Positions 33,209-43,033 of a DNA stretch of 64,000 nucleotides are shown one piece after another. The DNA is from an uncultured Chloroflexia bacterium (GTDB lineage: Bacteria; Chloroflexota; Limnocylindria; Limnocylindrales; CSP1-4): contig CAVTAW010000002.1 in assembly GCA_963732805.1 (NCBI GenBank), forward strand, positions 446,444 to 510,443, in the 5' to 3' direction. The position numbers were made by a program, and so were the translations under genes. The notes beneath the pieces were generated by a model. That model made no database searches. It had not been told where the DNA came from and worked only from the letters and a program-made list of their open reading frames with translations. Positions within the stretch are counted from its first letter, which is position 1; each line of letters starts with the position of its first letter.

Positions 33209-34564
33209 TCAACGTCCCTCGGCCTGGCCGTACCAGGTGGTCGTCCCGTCCGAGACAAGGACCCCGCCGGGCAACAGCGTCGCTTGCATCGCCTGCGCAT
33301 CGGGGATGTCCCCGGTGAGGCCGAGGGCCGTCCACCGCTTGCCATCGGTCGAGACCAAAGCGGCCGCGGCCGCGCCGCCACTCCACGCGATCATCCGATG
33401 CCCATCGCCGACGAGCGTCCCGTTCGGTTGGAGGCCGCAGCTCGCGCCGTGACACGTCGTTGCCCCGAGGGGAGGGAACGTCTGCAGTGCCTGCCAGCGC
33501 CGGCCGTCGGGTGATCGCCACCAGAGGGCTGCCCCCGCGGAGCCGCCGATCCCGCTGGCGACCATCCCATGGGCGCCGACGGTGAGCGTCACTGCGTTCG
33601 AGACGACCGGCGTGTCGGAACCCGACGCGGCGGTGGGCAGGAGTGTCGGCGTCTTCGGCCAGTGACGGCCGTCGGCCGACCATAGCGCCGCCGCCCGGCC
33701 GGGACCGGCGCCCTTCATCCATCCTCCGATGGCGACGAAGCCCGTCGAGGTGGCCTCGAGGTCGTTGAGGGCGAAGTCGGTCGGAAACGCGTTCCGAGGC
33801 GAAAGGACCCAGCGCGAACCGTCGGACGAGGTCGCGAGCCGGGCGGCGAGGCCGCTCGTCGCGATGACCAGCCCCTTCGGGCCGGCGGCGACAAGCGCCG
33901 CGGAATCCCCGGGGCTCGAGAGCGGGTCGACCGGCAGGGTGTTCTCCGGGGTCCAGCTCTGGCCGTCGGTCGACGTCCAGGCCACGACGGGCGGGAGGTG
34001 CCGCATCAAGTAATCGTTCATCTCGCTGACGGCGACGAACCTCCCGTGCAGGGTCGCCAGGCCGATGATGCTGAGGTTCGGCCAGAAGGACGTCGACGTC
34101 GCGCTCTCCAGGGGCTGCCAATGCGTCGCGTCGGTCGAGGACCAGACGGTCGTCGACGTGGTCCCCGCGATATCCCCGATCGCGACGGATCGCCCTCCCG
34201 CAGTCACCTCGGTCCTGACGGCCCCAAGCGGGTCGTCCGGTGCCAGGCGTCGCCAGACGAGAGCCCGCCACGCCGCCGAACCCGGCGGCGGCGCAGTGAA
34301 GGCAACCGGCAGCGGATGCGGCAGGTGCGTCGGTGGGGCTGCTGTCGGCGCTGGTGACGCGATCGCGGGCGCCGACGCCGCCGAAGGGCTGGCCGCCGCG
34401 AGCAGGGGCTCGGTCGAGGCCGCGAGCCGGCCGGTCTCGCCCCACGGCTTGGCAATGGCCAGCCCGATCGCGACGACGAGGACGAGGATGACGGCCACGA
34501 CCGCACGCCCGTCGCGCCGGCCACGGGCGGTCGGTGTCCCGTAGAAGGAACTGCCGTCAGTCAC
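33209..34564 (-). CDS. membrane-anchored protein with six Asp-box-like (BNR) repeats, probable beta-propeller
   Basis: N-terminal TM (AVVAVILVLVVAIGLAI). Repeats STDATHW, STDGQSW, SSDGSRW, SADGRHW, SPDGRRW and STDGKRW. Confidence 0.7.
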   Translation of the reverse strand: MTDGSSFYGTPTARGRRDGRAVVAVILVLVVAIGLAIAKPWGETGRLAASTEPLLAAASPSAASAPAIASPAPTAAPPTHLPHPLPVAFTAPPPGSAAWRALVWRRLAPDDPLGAVRTEVTAGGRSVAIGDIAGTTSTTVWSSTDATHWQPLESATSTSFWPNLSIIGLATLHGRFVAVSEMNDYLMRHLPPVVAWTSTDGQSWTPENTLPVDPLSSPGDSAALVAAGPKGLVIATSGLAARLATSSDGSRWVLSPRNAFPTDFALNDLEATSTGFVAIGGWMKGAGPGRAAALWSADGRHWPKTPTLLPTAASGSDTPVVSNAVTLTVGAHGMVASGIGGSAGAALWWRSPDGRRWQALQTFPPLGATTCHGASCGLQPNGTLVGDGHRMIAWSGGAAAAALVSTDGKRWTALGLTGDIPDAQAMQATLLPGGVLVSDGTTTWYGQAEGR

Positions 34565-34635
34565 ACTGAGCCCGTCCTCGGCCCATCACGTCGCCCACGA
34601 CCTGCACGCGCCGGCGCAGCGGCTCACGGCCCTCC

Positions 34636-35115
34636 TCAGCCCATAGCCTTCTTTACGAGCGCGGTGATCCTTGCCTCGACGGCGGGGGTCATCTCCGTCA
34701 GCGCATACGCACTCGGCCACATCGAGCCGTCGTCAAGGTGGGCCTTGTCGCTGAATCCCAGCGTCGCGTACCTCACCTTGAACTTCGCGCGCTCCTGGAA
34801 GAAGCACACAAGCTGTCCATCCCGGTAGTACGCCGGGCTCCCGTACCAGGTTCTGGACGAAATTCCCGGCGCGGCGGCCTTGGCGATCGCATGGAGTCGC
34901 TCGGCCATCGAGTGATCTGGCTCATCCATCTGGGCGATCTTGGCGAGCACGTCGGCTTCGCCATTCGCCTCGTCCTTCCTGGCGCCCCTTCCGGGGCGCG
35001 CGGAGCGCTTGCGTTCCCGGGTGTACTCGCGGATCGCAGCCCGCTCTTCGTCGGTCCACACCTGGTCCGACTTGTGCGCGCCCGGGCGCTCCTTGGTCAC
35101 CTTCTCGTCGGTCAC
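34636..35115 (-). CDS. DUF1801 (YdhG-like) domain protein
   Basis: GGAGAGGAG SD precedes GTG 35115. ...MAERLHAIAKAAAPGISSRTWYGSPAYYRDGQLVCFFQERAKFKVRYATLGF. Confidence 0.75.
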   Translation of the reverse strand: MTDEKVTKERPGAHKSDQVWTDEERAAIREYTRERKRSARPGRGARKDEANGEADVLAKIAQMDEPDHSMAERLHAIAKAAAPGISSRTWYGSPAYYRDGQLVCFFQERAKFKVRYATLGFSDKAHLDDGSMWPSAYALTEMTPAVEARITALVKKAMG

Positions 35116-35540
35116 GGTGTCTCCTCTCCGTAGTGGATCGATCACATCGGCAGAACAGCAGTCCCAGCCGCGCGTCAGCCGGGTGACCTGGACCAGATTG
35201 TCGCAAGTGTCGTTCGGCCGGGCGATGATGCCAGTCACCCGAGCCGCTGGAGGCTGACATGGACCGGATCGTCGTGATGAACCAGGCTCCGCATACTCGT
35301 GAAACCGGGCGCGCGTCTCGCCGCCATGGGGACGCGTGACGGGCGGACGACGGCTGCGTCGGCCTCGGCGTGGTGGCGCGCCATCGGCGCCTCGAGGCGA
35401 CCGAGATCGCGGTTGCGGACGAACCGCAGCGCGGCCTCACATCCAGGGTACCGCGCACCGGGGGGCTTGCCGCAAGACCGGGGGCGTGCGGTAGAGTCCC
35501 CGTTCCTGTGCGGAGATCGACAGACCTGGAGGCCCGCAGC

Positions 35541-36746
35541 GTGCGCGTGTTGTTGTCGAGCTGGGGCTCGCGAGGGGACATCGAGCCACTCGCCGCACTC
35601 GCGCTCCGGTTGCGTGAGCTCGGGGCCGAGGTTCGCGTGTGCGCGCCGCCGGATGAGGAGTTCACAACGCTCCTTGCCCGGGCGGGCGCGACGCTCATTC
35701 CGCTCGGCCCCTCGACGCGCTCGATTGCAGCCGGGCTGAAGGCGCCAGCTCCGGACGCCGCGTTCCGGCTCGCGGCCGAGCTCGTCGCCGCACGCTTCGA
35801 GACGCTCCCCGCGGCGGCCGAGGGCTGCGACGGGCTGGTCGCGACTGGCCTGATGCCGGCCGGAGCGCGGTCGGTCGCCGAGATGCTCGGCATCCGCTAC
35901 GCGCTCGCCTGCTTCCACATCTTCGGGCTGCCGTCGCGCCACTTCCCGCCGGCCGCGCGGCCCGGCAAGCAGTCGCCACACGACGAGACCGACAACCGGG
36001 TGCTGTGGCGGCAGGACGCGGAGCGCGTCAACGCGTTGTACGCCGAGCCGCTCAACAGGCACCGGGCGGCGATCGGCCTGCCCCCGGTCGACAATGTCCG
36101 GGACTACGTCATCACGGACCGGCCGTGGCTGGCGGCGGATCCGGTCCTCGCTCCATGGAGGGACCTGACGGACCTCGACATCGCGCAGACCGGGGCCTGG
36201 ATCCTCCCCGACGCTCGCCCGCTCCCGAACGAGCTGGAGGCGTTCCTCCGCGCGGGCGAGCCGCCCGTGTACGTGGGCTTCGGGAGCATGGCGATGCGCA
36301 CCTCGGAGGACCTCGGCCGGGTGGCGATCGAGGCAACCCGCGCGCACGGCCGTCGCCTCATCCTCGGCCGAGGCTGGGCCGACCTCGCCCCTATCGAGGA
36401 TGGGGACGACTGCCTGGTCGTGGGCGAGGTCAACCAGCAGGCACTGTTCCGCCGGGTAGCCGCCGTCGTGCACCACGGCGGTGCGGGCACGACGACGACC
36501 GCCGCACTGGCCGGCGCCCCCCAGGTCGTGGTGCCGCAGATCGTCGATCAGCCGCACTGGGCGCGCCGGGTGGCCGAGCTCGGCATCGGAGCAGCCCACG
36601 ACGGTCCCGTTTCGACCTCGGAATCCCTCGCGAGCGCGCTCGGGACGGCCCTGGCCCCCGAGACTCGCACTCGTGCGAAAGCGGTTGCCACGCTGGTCCG
36701 GACCGACGGAGCCACGGTCGCGGCCAGGCGCCTGCTCGAGTGGTGA
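35541..36746 (+). CDS. family-1 (UDP-glycosyl/MGT-type) glycosyltransferase
   Basis: GGAGG lies 9 nt before GTG 35541. VRVLLSSWGSRGDIEPL N-terminus and VVHHGGAGTTTTAALAGAPQVVVPQIVDQPHWA donor-binding motif. Confidence 0.85.
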   Translation: MRVLLSSWGSRGDIEPLAALALRLRELGAEVRVCAPPDEEFTTLLARAGATLIPLGPSTRSIAAGLKAPAPDAAFRLAAELVAARFETLPAAAEGCDGLVATGLMPAGARSVAEMLGIRYALACFHIFGLPSRHFPPAARPGKQSPHDETDNRVLWRQDAERVNALYAEPLNRHRAAIGLPPVDNVRDYVITDRPWLAADPVLAPWRDLTDLDIAQTGAWILPDARPLPNELEAFLRAGEPPVYVGFGSMAMRTSEDLGRVAIEATRAHGRRLILGRGWADLAPIEDGDDCLVVGEVNQQALFRRVAAVVHHGGAGTTTTAALAGAPQVVVPQIVDQPHWARRVAELGIGAAHDGPVSTSESLASALGTALAPETRTRAKAVATLVRTDGATVAARRLLEW

Positions 36747-36762
36747 TGCTGCTCTCCTCCCG

Positions 36763-36813
36763 GGACGCCCCGACCGCGTACCGCCGGGCGGGGATGTACC
36801 AGGCCGGGCGCAT
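36763..36813 (-). pseudogene. about 50-bp fragment of a DUF3267-type gene
   Basis: The minus frame reads (M)RPAWYIPARRYAVGAS, versus GAPAWYIPVRQYAVVAS in 28734..29336. About 43 of 50 nt are identical to 28959..29009. It sits 17 nt after the glycosyltransferase stop. Confidence 0.5.
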
Positions 36814-36849
36814 CGGCGCGACTCCGACCCGAACCCGACGACCCGGCCG

Positions 36850-37644
36850 TCAGGCACTAGGAATTGGGCCGGAGCGGCCGGCCGGCCCCTGACCCTGACC
36901 TGCGGCCTCGTCCGGCGCCGTCGGCTCGTGCGCGGCCCGGGCGGCCCGCATCTCCGCGACGAGGATGTAGCCGCTGGCCACGCAGACCCAGAGGGGGAAC
37001 AGGAGCACGATCCACTGGAGGAAGGCGAGGCTCAGGAGCATCACGATCGCGATCGCGTATCCGGCGATCGTGAACGGACGCGGGAAGATGCCCGTCGTCC
37101 GCCAGGCGATCGTGCAGGTCACGATCGTGAACACCGCACCTGCGCGTGCAGCCAGGACGAACAGGAATGAGAACGCGACTGATCGCACGTCCTCAAGGCT
37201 TCGTGCATCCAGCGGCGGGGCGGCGTCGAAGCGGTTCCCGGCCACGAGGCTCGCGAGCACGGCGGCGGCGCCCCAGTACATCGCGACGAACAGCAGGCCG
37301 CTGCCCAGGAACACCGTGGCGAAGAACTGGTCCTCGTTCGCCCCGATCCGTGCCCGGATGACGCCGAGGAACCACAGGAACGCGATGCCCGCGAACGGCG
37401 CCAGATAGAGCGCCGCGATCGTCACCGGCGTAATGGCGTTGGACTCGTACCACGCCACGAACGCGAGGTCGTCCAGCCCATCCGGAGGCCGGGTACTGGC
37501 GAGGACCAGGGAGGCGACGAACAGCGCAGAGAACAGGATCCCCGCGATGCCCGCAGAGCGAGGCGTGGTCCGCTCGCGGCGGTCGAACGGCCCGATCCGA
37601 CCGAATGCAGGGCGACCGTCTGCCGGGGCCGGCTGGCTGAGCAA
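36850..37644 (-). CDS. multi-pass membrane protein, unknown function
   Basis: 264 aa, 6 hydrophobic helices, coherent composition. Confidence 0.6.
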   Translation of the reverse strand: MLSQPAPADGRPAFGRIGPFDRRERTTPRSAGIAGILFSALFVASLVLASTRPPDGLDDLAFVAWYESNAITPVTIAALYLAPFAGIAFLWFLGVIRARIGANEDQFFATVFLGSGLLFVAMYWGAAAVLASLVAGNRFDAAPPLDARSLEDVRSVAFSFLFVLAARAGAVFTIVTCTIAWRTTGIFPRPFTIAGYAIAIVMLLSLAFLQWIVLLFPLWVCVASGYILVAEMRAARAAHEPTAPDEAAGQGQGPAGRSGPIPSA

Positions 37645-37840
37645 GCCTCACCTCCTTGGTTGATCGAGGATCCGTGCCCCGGGCACGGGCACAATGATGC
37701 ATGTCTCCCGGGGTGGCTCGCGACCGCTTCGACGTCAAGGCAGCTCGCGCTGGGGCCTGGACCGCGCCGGGTCTCCCCTGCGCGGCGCCCTGCCACCGCC
37801 GCATCTGCGATATTGACGACTCGCACGCGAGGGGAAGGAG

Positions 37841-39520
37841 TTGGGACTCCGCTTGCCGATCCGCCGAGACACACTGCGCGCGGACGGAGTCGCCGGCCTG
37901 GTCCTCGGCGTGCAGAGCGTGCCCGACGGCCTCGCCACCGGGCTGCTCGCGGGGGTCAACCCGCTCGCGGGCCTCTATGCCTACATGGTCGGGACGTTCA
38001 CCGGCGCCCTGGTGACCAGCTCTTCGTTCATGGCGATCCAGGGAACCGGGGCGATGGCCATGATCGTGGCCGACGTCCCAGGGTTGCATCGATCCGCCGA
38101 TGCCGAGCGGGCGCTGGTCACGCTCTCGATCCTGACGGGCGCGATCATGCTCATGGCTGGGCTGCTCAGGCTCGGTTGGCTCCTGCGGTTCGTATCCAAC
38201 GCCGTGATGGTAGGGTTCATCAACGCGGTCGGCGTGAACATCGTTCTGGGCCAGCTCGCCAACTTCACCGGCTTCAACGCCGAAGGCGCGAACCGCATCG
38301 TCCGGGCCTTCAACACCCTCGTCGCCCCGGGCCAGCTTGATCCGAACGCCCTGTTCATCGGGATCGCGACGATCGGCCTGATCCTCCTGTTCGGGCGAAC
38401 CCGGGTCGGGGCGCTCGGCCTGGTGGTGGCCGTGGTGATCACCTCGGCCGGCGCACTGTTCCTCGGGTGGCACGTCGCCACGCTCAACGACCTCGGAGTA
38501 GTCGCCAGCTCGCTGCCGCGACCGGAAGCCCCGCTGCTCGGCGTCGTGCCCGCGCTGATCCTGCCCGCGGCATCCCTGGCCTTCGTCGGACTGGTCCAGG
38601 GGGCCAGCATCTCTGCGAACTTCCCCAACCCAGATGGGAGCTACGGGGACGTGTCGCGCGACTTCGTGGGGCAGGGGGCGTCCAACGTGGCCTCCGGGCT
38701 GTTCCAGGGGATGCCGGTTGGCGGGTCGGTCTCGGCATCGGCGATCAACAAGGCCGCGGGCGCCCGCTCTCGGCAGTCGCTCCTGATCGCGGGTGTCGTG
38801 ATGGCGATCGTGATCGTCGCCTTCGGGGAGGTGGTCGGCCACGTCGCCATGCCCGCCCTCGCCGGCCTGCTCATGCTGATCGGCTTCCGCACCGTCAAGC
38901 CGGCAGACCTGCAGTCCGTGTGGCGGGTCGGCTCCGTGCAGAAGGTCGTCCTCGTCATGACGTTCGTCCTGACGATGCTCATCCCGCTGCAGTACGCGGT
39001 GCTGGTCGGGGTGGGCGTTTCGGTGATCCTGTACGCGGTCCGCCAATCGAACCAGATCACGATCCGGCGCTGGGAGCTCGACGCCGAGGGTAACGTGATC
39101 GAGGTCGACCCGCCGGCCATGCTCGGGCCCGAAGAGGTGGTCGTCCTCCAGCCGTATGGCAGCCTGTTCTTCGCCGCCGCGCCGGTGTTCGAAACGCTCC
39201 TGCCGGTCGTGACCGAGGCCTCGCGCAACAGCGTCGTGGTCCTGCGCCTGCGCGGTCGGACCGACCTCGGAACCACGTTCATGGACGTGCTGCTCCGCTA
39301 CGCGCAGAGCCTCATGGCGGTGGGCAGCAAGCTCGTCGTCGTGTCCACGAACCAGCGGATCGACGAGCAGCTGGGCGTGACCGGCATCACCGCGGTGATC
39401 GGCGCCGACAACGTCTACGCCGGCGATCACCGGGTGGGTGCCGCGATCCGGCGCGCCTACGACGACGCAAGAGCCTGGGTCTCAGACCGACGGGATCGCA
39501 GTGGCACCGGGGCTGGCTGA
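37841..39520 (+). CDS. SulP-family anion transporter with C-terminal STAS domain
   Basis: AGLVLGVQSVPDGLATGLLAGVNPLAGLYAYMVG... and a C-terminal STAS-like domain (VVVLRLRGRTDLGTTFMDVL). The exact start is uncertain (TTG 37841 abuts the SD; TTG 37853 is possible). Confidence 0.85.
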   Translation: MGLRLPIRRDTLRADGVAGLVLGVQSVPDGLATGLLAGVNPLAGLYAYMVGTFTGALVTSSSFMAIQGTGAMAMIVADVPGLHRSADAERALVTLSILTGAIMLMAGLLRLGWLLRFVSNAVMVGFINAVGVNIVLGQLANFTGFNAEGANRIVRAFNTLVAPGQLDPNALFIGIATIGLILLFGRTRVGALGLVVAVVITSAGALFLGWHVATLNDLGVVASSLPRPEAPLLGVVPALILPAASLAFVGLVQGASISANFPNPDGSYGDVSRDFVGQGASNVASGLFQGMPVGGSVSASAINKAAGARSRQSLLIAGVVMAIVIVAFGEVVGHVAMPALAGLLMLIGFRTVKPADLQSVWRVGSVQKVVLVMTFVLTMLIPLQYAVLVGVGVSVILYAVRQSNQITIRRWELDAEGNVIEVDPPAMLGPEEVVVLQPYGSLFFAAAPVFETLLPVVTEASRNSVVVLRLRGRTDLGTTFMDVLLRYAQSLMAVGSKLVVVSTNQRIDEQLGVTGITAVIGADNVYAGDHRVGAAIRRAYDDARAWVSDRRDRSGTGAG

Positions 39521-39771
39521 GCGGTCGCCGGCGGGCAGCGTGCCCCCGGCAGACGGCGCGCAACCGGGACATCAGCCGGCGTTTGCGTGTCCTGCGTACA
39601 TGTGGGCGACGGGCCAGACTCCCGCCGTATGACACTCGCTGCAGCGGGCCACGCGGCCCACGTCGGGGGCTTGACGCCGCCCGAACCCGGAGTTCGCGAC
39701 CGTCACCAGCCAGCCCTCCGGCAACCCTCGAATCCCGTTGCCCTGCAGCGATCGCAGCGGGCGACCGGGAC

Positions 39772-41181
39772 TCATGCGATCGTCGGTGCGGAGTCTGTCC
39801 GACCCTCCTCGCTCTCCGGGCTCGCGTTCGGGGTCGGCGTCTCCTCGGGGCCCTGGCCCGATGGGCTCGGCTCCGCCGCCGCTCGCTGATCGGCACGGAG
39901 CTGGTAGCTCGACGCCAGTGCGGCATCGAGCAGCTTGAGCTGTCGGATGATCGAGGTTTGGCGTGAGCCTGGGGCGGCCTCCTTCAGGTCGAGCAGGAGG
40001 TATCGCAGGCGGCGGTCGACCTGGATCGACCCTGCGCCGAAGAGGCGGATCTCGTCGAGCGCCAGACTCACGTAGTCGTCCCAATCAGGTCGAGGCAGGC
40101 GGAGCAGGGCCGACCCGTCGTCCGCCAACCGAACCGGCGAGGGGATCTTGCGGATGGCGAGGCGTCGCAGGAGATCGTGCAGCTCGTCGAGCGCCTGGAC
40201 CGCGGTCGTCGGGTCGTTGATGCCTGGCGACAGTGCCCGCTCGGCGATGTCGACGATCTGCCGGAAGCCGAACGCGGCATCCTGGGTCATCGTCCGCTCC
40301 GTCCCGATCTGGATCGCCCGGGCCAGCGCCTCCAGCGGCAGCGGCGCTCTGTCGTCGCTGGGCTCGGCGCCCCTCTCCTGCAGCTCCCAAACACGCAGCA
40401 GTGGCGCTCCGGTCGGGACGAAGTCGCCGACCATGTGCGTCAGCTCGACGCTGATGCCGTGCTCGGTGGCCAGATGTAGCAGCGCCTCCTCGTCGACCGA
40501 GGTGATCACGCCCGGCGGGCGCTCGAGCGCGGCGACGGCATCTGGGGGCCGCTCGGGCAGCCTAGGCACCGGCGGCGGGGGCTCGTCGCCGACACCCTCC
40601 GGATAGAGACGCCGGATCGCCTCACGCGTCTCGTCGGCCACGCTGCGTAGGACGGTTGCCGCACGGATGGCCTGCGCCATGTGGTGGATGTAGACCACGA
40701 ACAGGCCGACCGAGGCGAGGACCAGCCCATACGCAACGGTCACCGCGATGGCGGGCACGAACGCCGCCCCGTCCGCCGGCGAGCGCACGTCGCGCAGCAG
40801 GAGCAGCGCGTACAGGAACGTGGCGATGAAGAGGCCGAGCACGAACTGGTTCAGCCGGTCGCGCAGGAACGTGCGCATGACGCGCGGTGAGAGCTGCGCG
40901 CTCGCAAGCTGCAGCACCAGCATCGTGACCGTGAACACGAGGCCGGTGAAGGTCAGCATCGCGGCGGCGATCGTGGACAGTACCAGGCGGGCGCTGTCGG
41001 GGCCCCCGGCGAACAGGATGCCGCTGAGGCTGCTCGCGACGGACTGGTCGACGAGTCGATCGAGGCCGGCGAGCACGAACGCCAGCAGTCCAGCTCCGAT
41101 TGCCAGCGTCCCGGGGATGAACCACAGGCGCGAGCGGAGCCGATCGAGGAACGTGGCCAGACGGATCGAGGTCATATCCAC
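39772..41181 (-). CDS. DUF2254-family membrane protein
   Basis: FLDRLRSRLWFIPG N-terminus, 4 TM, then a large soluble domain containing GINDPTTAVQALD. Confidence 0.75.
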   Translation of the reverse strand: MDMTSIRLATFLDRLRSRLWFIPGTLAIGAGLLAFVLAGLDRLVDQSVASSLSGILFAGGPDSARLVLSTIAAAMLTFTGLVFTVTMLVLQLASAQLSPRVMRTFLRDRLNQFVLGLFIATFLYALLLLRDVRSPADGAAFVPAIAVTVAYGLVLASVGLFVVYIHHMAQAIRAATVLRSVADETREAIRRLYPEGVGDEPPPPVPRLPERPPDAVAALERPPGVITSVDEEALLHLATEHGISVELTHMVGDFVPTGAPLLRVWELQERGAEPSDDRAPLPLEALARAIQIGTERTMTQDAAFGFRQIVDIAERALSPGINDPTTAVQALDELHDLLRRLAIRKIPSPVRLADDGSALLRLPRPDWDDYVSLALDEIRLFGAGSIQVDRRLRYLLLDLKEAAPGSRQTSIIRQLKLLDAALASSYQLRADQRAAAEPSPSGQGPEETPTPNASPESEEGRTDSAPTIA

Positions 41182-41241
41182 GCACTCGTCGCGCGCGGCG
41201 ATCTTCGTCCTCGAGCCGGGCCGGTCGCCCTCATCTGCGCG

Positions 41242-41733
41242 CTACTTGCGCACGCCGAGGCGGCGCGCGACCTGCGGCAGGAACAGCGCCACCAGGATGG
41301 CAGCCACAGCCGCCCACTGGCTGAAGGCGATGGTCAAAATCGTGGCGCTTAGGAAGAACGAGGGCATTGTCGCGGCGTAGACGACGAACGCGATGGCGGC
41401 CAGGACCGCCACGATGGCCTGCCGCCTGCGCTGCTCGCGCCGGGTCAGGTTGCCGCCCTTGAAGGTCACAAACGGCAGGCTGACCGCAACGACCAGGCCG
41501 ATCACCAAGCAGATCAGGCGCACGATCATGACGTCCTGGCCGGTGGCCTCAGAAGACGGATTGAGCAGTCCGAGCACGGCGATGTAGACCGCCAGCGCCT
41601 CGGACGGGATGTACGCCGCGAGCAGTCGCAGCGCACTCTGGAGAGTGGAGTCGGGCTCGGCCGAGTCGCCCTCGGCAAGACGGGCCATCGTGGACACGCT
41701 CATGTCTCGACCCTCGCGTCGTGCCGTCGCCAT
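41242..41733 (-). CDS. membrane protein, unknown function
   Basis: 163 aa, 4 hydrophobic helices, 60 nt upstream of the DUF2254 gene on the same strand. Confidence 0.55.
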   Translation of the reverse strand: MATARREGRDMSVSTMARLAEGDSAEPDSTLQSALRLLAAYIPSEALAVYIAVLGLLNPSSEATGQDVMIVRLICLVIGLVVAVSLPFVTFKGGNLTRREQRRRQAIVAVLAAIAFVVYAATMPSFFLSATILTIAFSQWAAVAAILVALFLPQVARRLGVRK

Positions 41734-41857
41734 GTGACGGTCGCCCTATTGTGTACCGCCATCCATTGGGAGTGGGTGATGACCAGCGCATCCGGGGCAG
41801 CCGCTCGCCTCCACTCATGGGTCCGTGCATTCGTCGGCAGCCGGCGGAGCGGATCCA

Positions 41858-42469
41858 TCAGGCGGATGCAACGTCCGGGGCGGGGGCGTCGCGCGATCTG
41901 CCCGTCCCAGCGTCCACGGGCGCCGACCCGTCAGCCGCCTGGGCGGCGAGCGCCGCGTAGGCCTCGAAGGCCGCGTCCACCCCTGCCTGATCGCCCGTGC
42001 CCACGAGATCCAGCAGGAGGCCCCGGAACACCGCGAGACCCAGGCGCGCCCGGGCGCGGGCCAGCTCGAATGGCACGCCCGGCGTGGCGTCCAGGGCGAC
42101 CGTCCGCGCGACCCAGTCGTCCACGCTGCCCGGCAGCAGGCGATCGAACGGTTCTTCGCCGTGGAGCGCCCGGGCATAGCACTCGAAGAACAGGCGCTCG
42201 GCGGGCCACAGCCCTGGATCGCTGAGCCGCCGCCACATCGCGGCAGCGATGTCGCCGGTTTCGCCGTCCATCGACTCCATGAACCGCTTCTGGTCCTCCT
42301 CGATGGCCTCGACGACGGCGGTCATCAACCCATGCCGGGAGCCGAAGTGGTGGATCAGCATCCGGTGGCTGGTGCCCACGGCGGCGGCGATGTCGCGCAG
42401 CGAGCGGTCGCCGAGACCCTCGTGCATGAGGTCGGCGATCACGGCGGTCAGCAGGTCTTGACGTGTCAT
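41858..42469 (-). CDS. TetR/AcrR-family transcriptional regulator
   Basis: The last 203 codons of ORF 41858..42574 read MTRQDLLTAVIADLMHEGLGDRSLRDIAAAVGTSHRMLIHHFGSRHGLM. Confidence 0.85.
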   Translation of the reverse strand: MTRQDLLTAVIADLMHEGLGDRSLRDIAAAVGTSHRMLIHHFGSRHGLMTAVVEAIEEDQKRFMESMDGETGDIAAAMWRRLSDPGLWPAERLFFECYARALHGEEPFDRLLPGSVDDWVARTVALDATPGVPFELARARARLGLAVFRGLLLDLVGTGDQAGVDAAFEAYAALAAQAADGSAPVDAGTGRSRDAPAPDVASA

Positions 42470-42478
42470 GGAGCCAAC

Positions 42479-42510
42479 TGTACCATCTGGTACATGTACC
42501 GAGTGGTACA
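42479..42510. promoter_or_regulatory. two abutting 16-bp palindromic operators in the divergent TetR/SRPBCC intergenic region
   Basis: TGTACCA-TC-TGGTACA (42479-94) is a perfect palindrome. TGTACCG-AG-TGGTACA (42495-510) has one mismatch. TACAGT (minus strand, 42477-82) lies 7 nt before the TetR ATG. Confidence 0.6.
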
Positions 42511-42542
42511 TCAGCGTCCCAAGCATAGGGTGGTACCGAGCA

Positions 42543-43004
42543 ATGAAGAGCAGGTTCGGCGCGGAGCGCCGCATGGACGTCCCGGCACAGGTCGCCTACC
42601 ACTGCCTCGCCGACTATCGCGAGCACCACCGACCGGATGGCTTCCTGCCGCCGGCGTTCTCCGCGTTCGAGATCCACCGGGGAGGCATCGGCGCCGGCAC
42701 GGAGGCGAGCTGGACGGTCGACCTGGGCGGCGGCCGGAAGCGTCGGATGTCCGCCACGATCACCGAGCCCGAGCCGGGCCGCCGCCTGGTCGAGACGGGC
42801 GACGGCGTGGTCACCACGTTCACCGTGGCGCCGTCGGGCGGGGGCTGCGTCGTCCGCTTCGACACCGTGTTCGACGAGCCGGGGCTGGGCGGCATCCTCC
42901 TGCGGCTGTTCATCGGGCGGATGCTGGGCCCGCTGTACGCCGACGAGCTCGCACGGCTCGACGCGTACGCCCACACCCACGGCCCGGTGGCGGCCGCAGC
43001 CTGA
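42543..43004 (+). CDS. SRPBCC (START/polyketide-cyclase-like) family protein
   Basis: ATG 42543 is in frame with ORF 42468..43004. The 153-aa size and pattern (FGAERRMDVPAQVAYHCLADY...) fit the family. Confidence 0.65.
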   Translation: MKSRFGAERRMDVPAQVAYHCLADYREHHRPDGFLPPAFSAFEIHRGGIGAGTEASWTVDLGGGRKRRMSATITEPEPGRRLVETGDGVVTTFTVAPSGGGCVVRFDTVFDEPGLGGILLRLFIGRMLGPLYADELARLDAYAHTHGPVAAAA

Positions 43005-43033
43005 CCTCGCCGCTTCGTTGTATGATTGGGCAA

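Noticed and set aside
35235-35400. Minus-strand frame ...YPGCEAALRFVRNRDLGRLEAPMARHHAEA..., faintly like the core of an antibiotic-biosynthesis-monooxygenase (ABM) domain
   Set aside because: There is no start codon, the upstream part of the frame is not protein-like, and the resemblance rests on a few residues only. At most it is another remnant.
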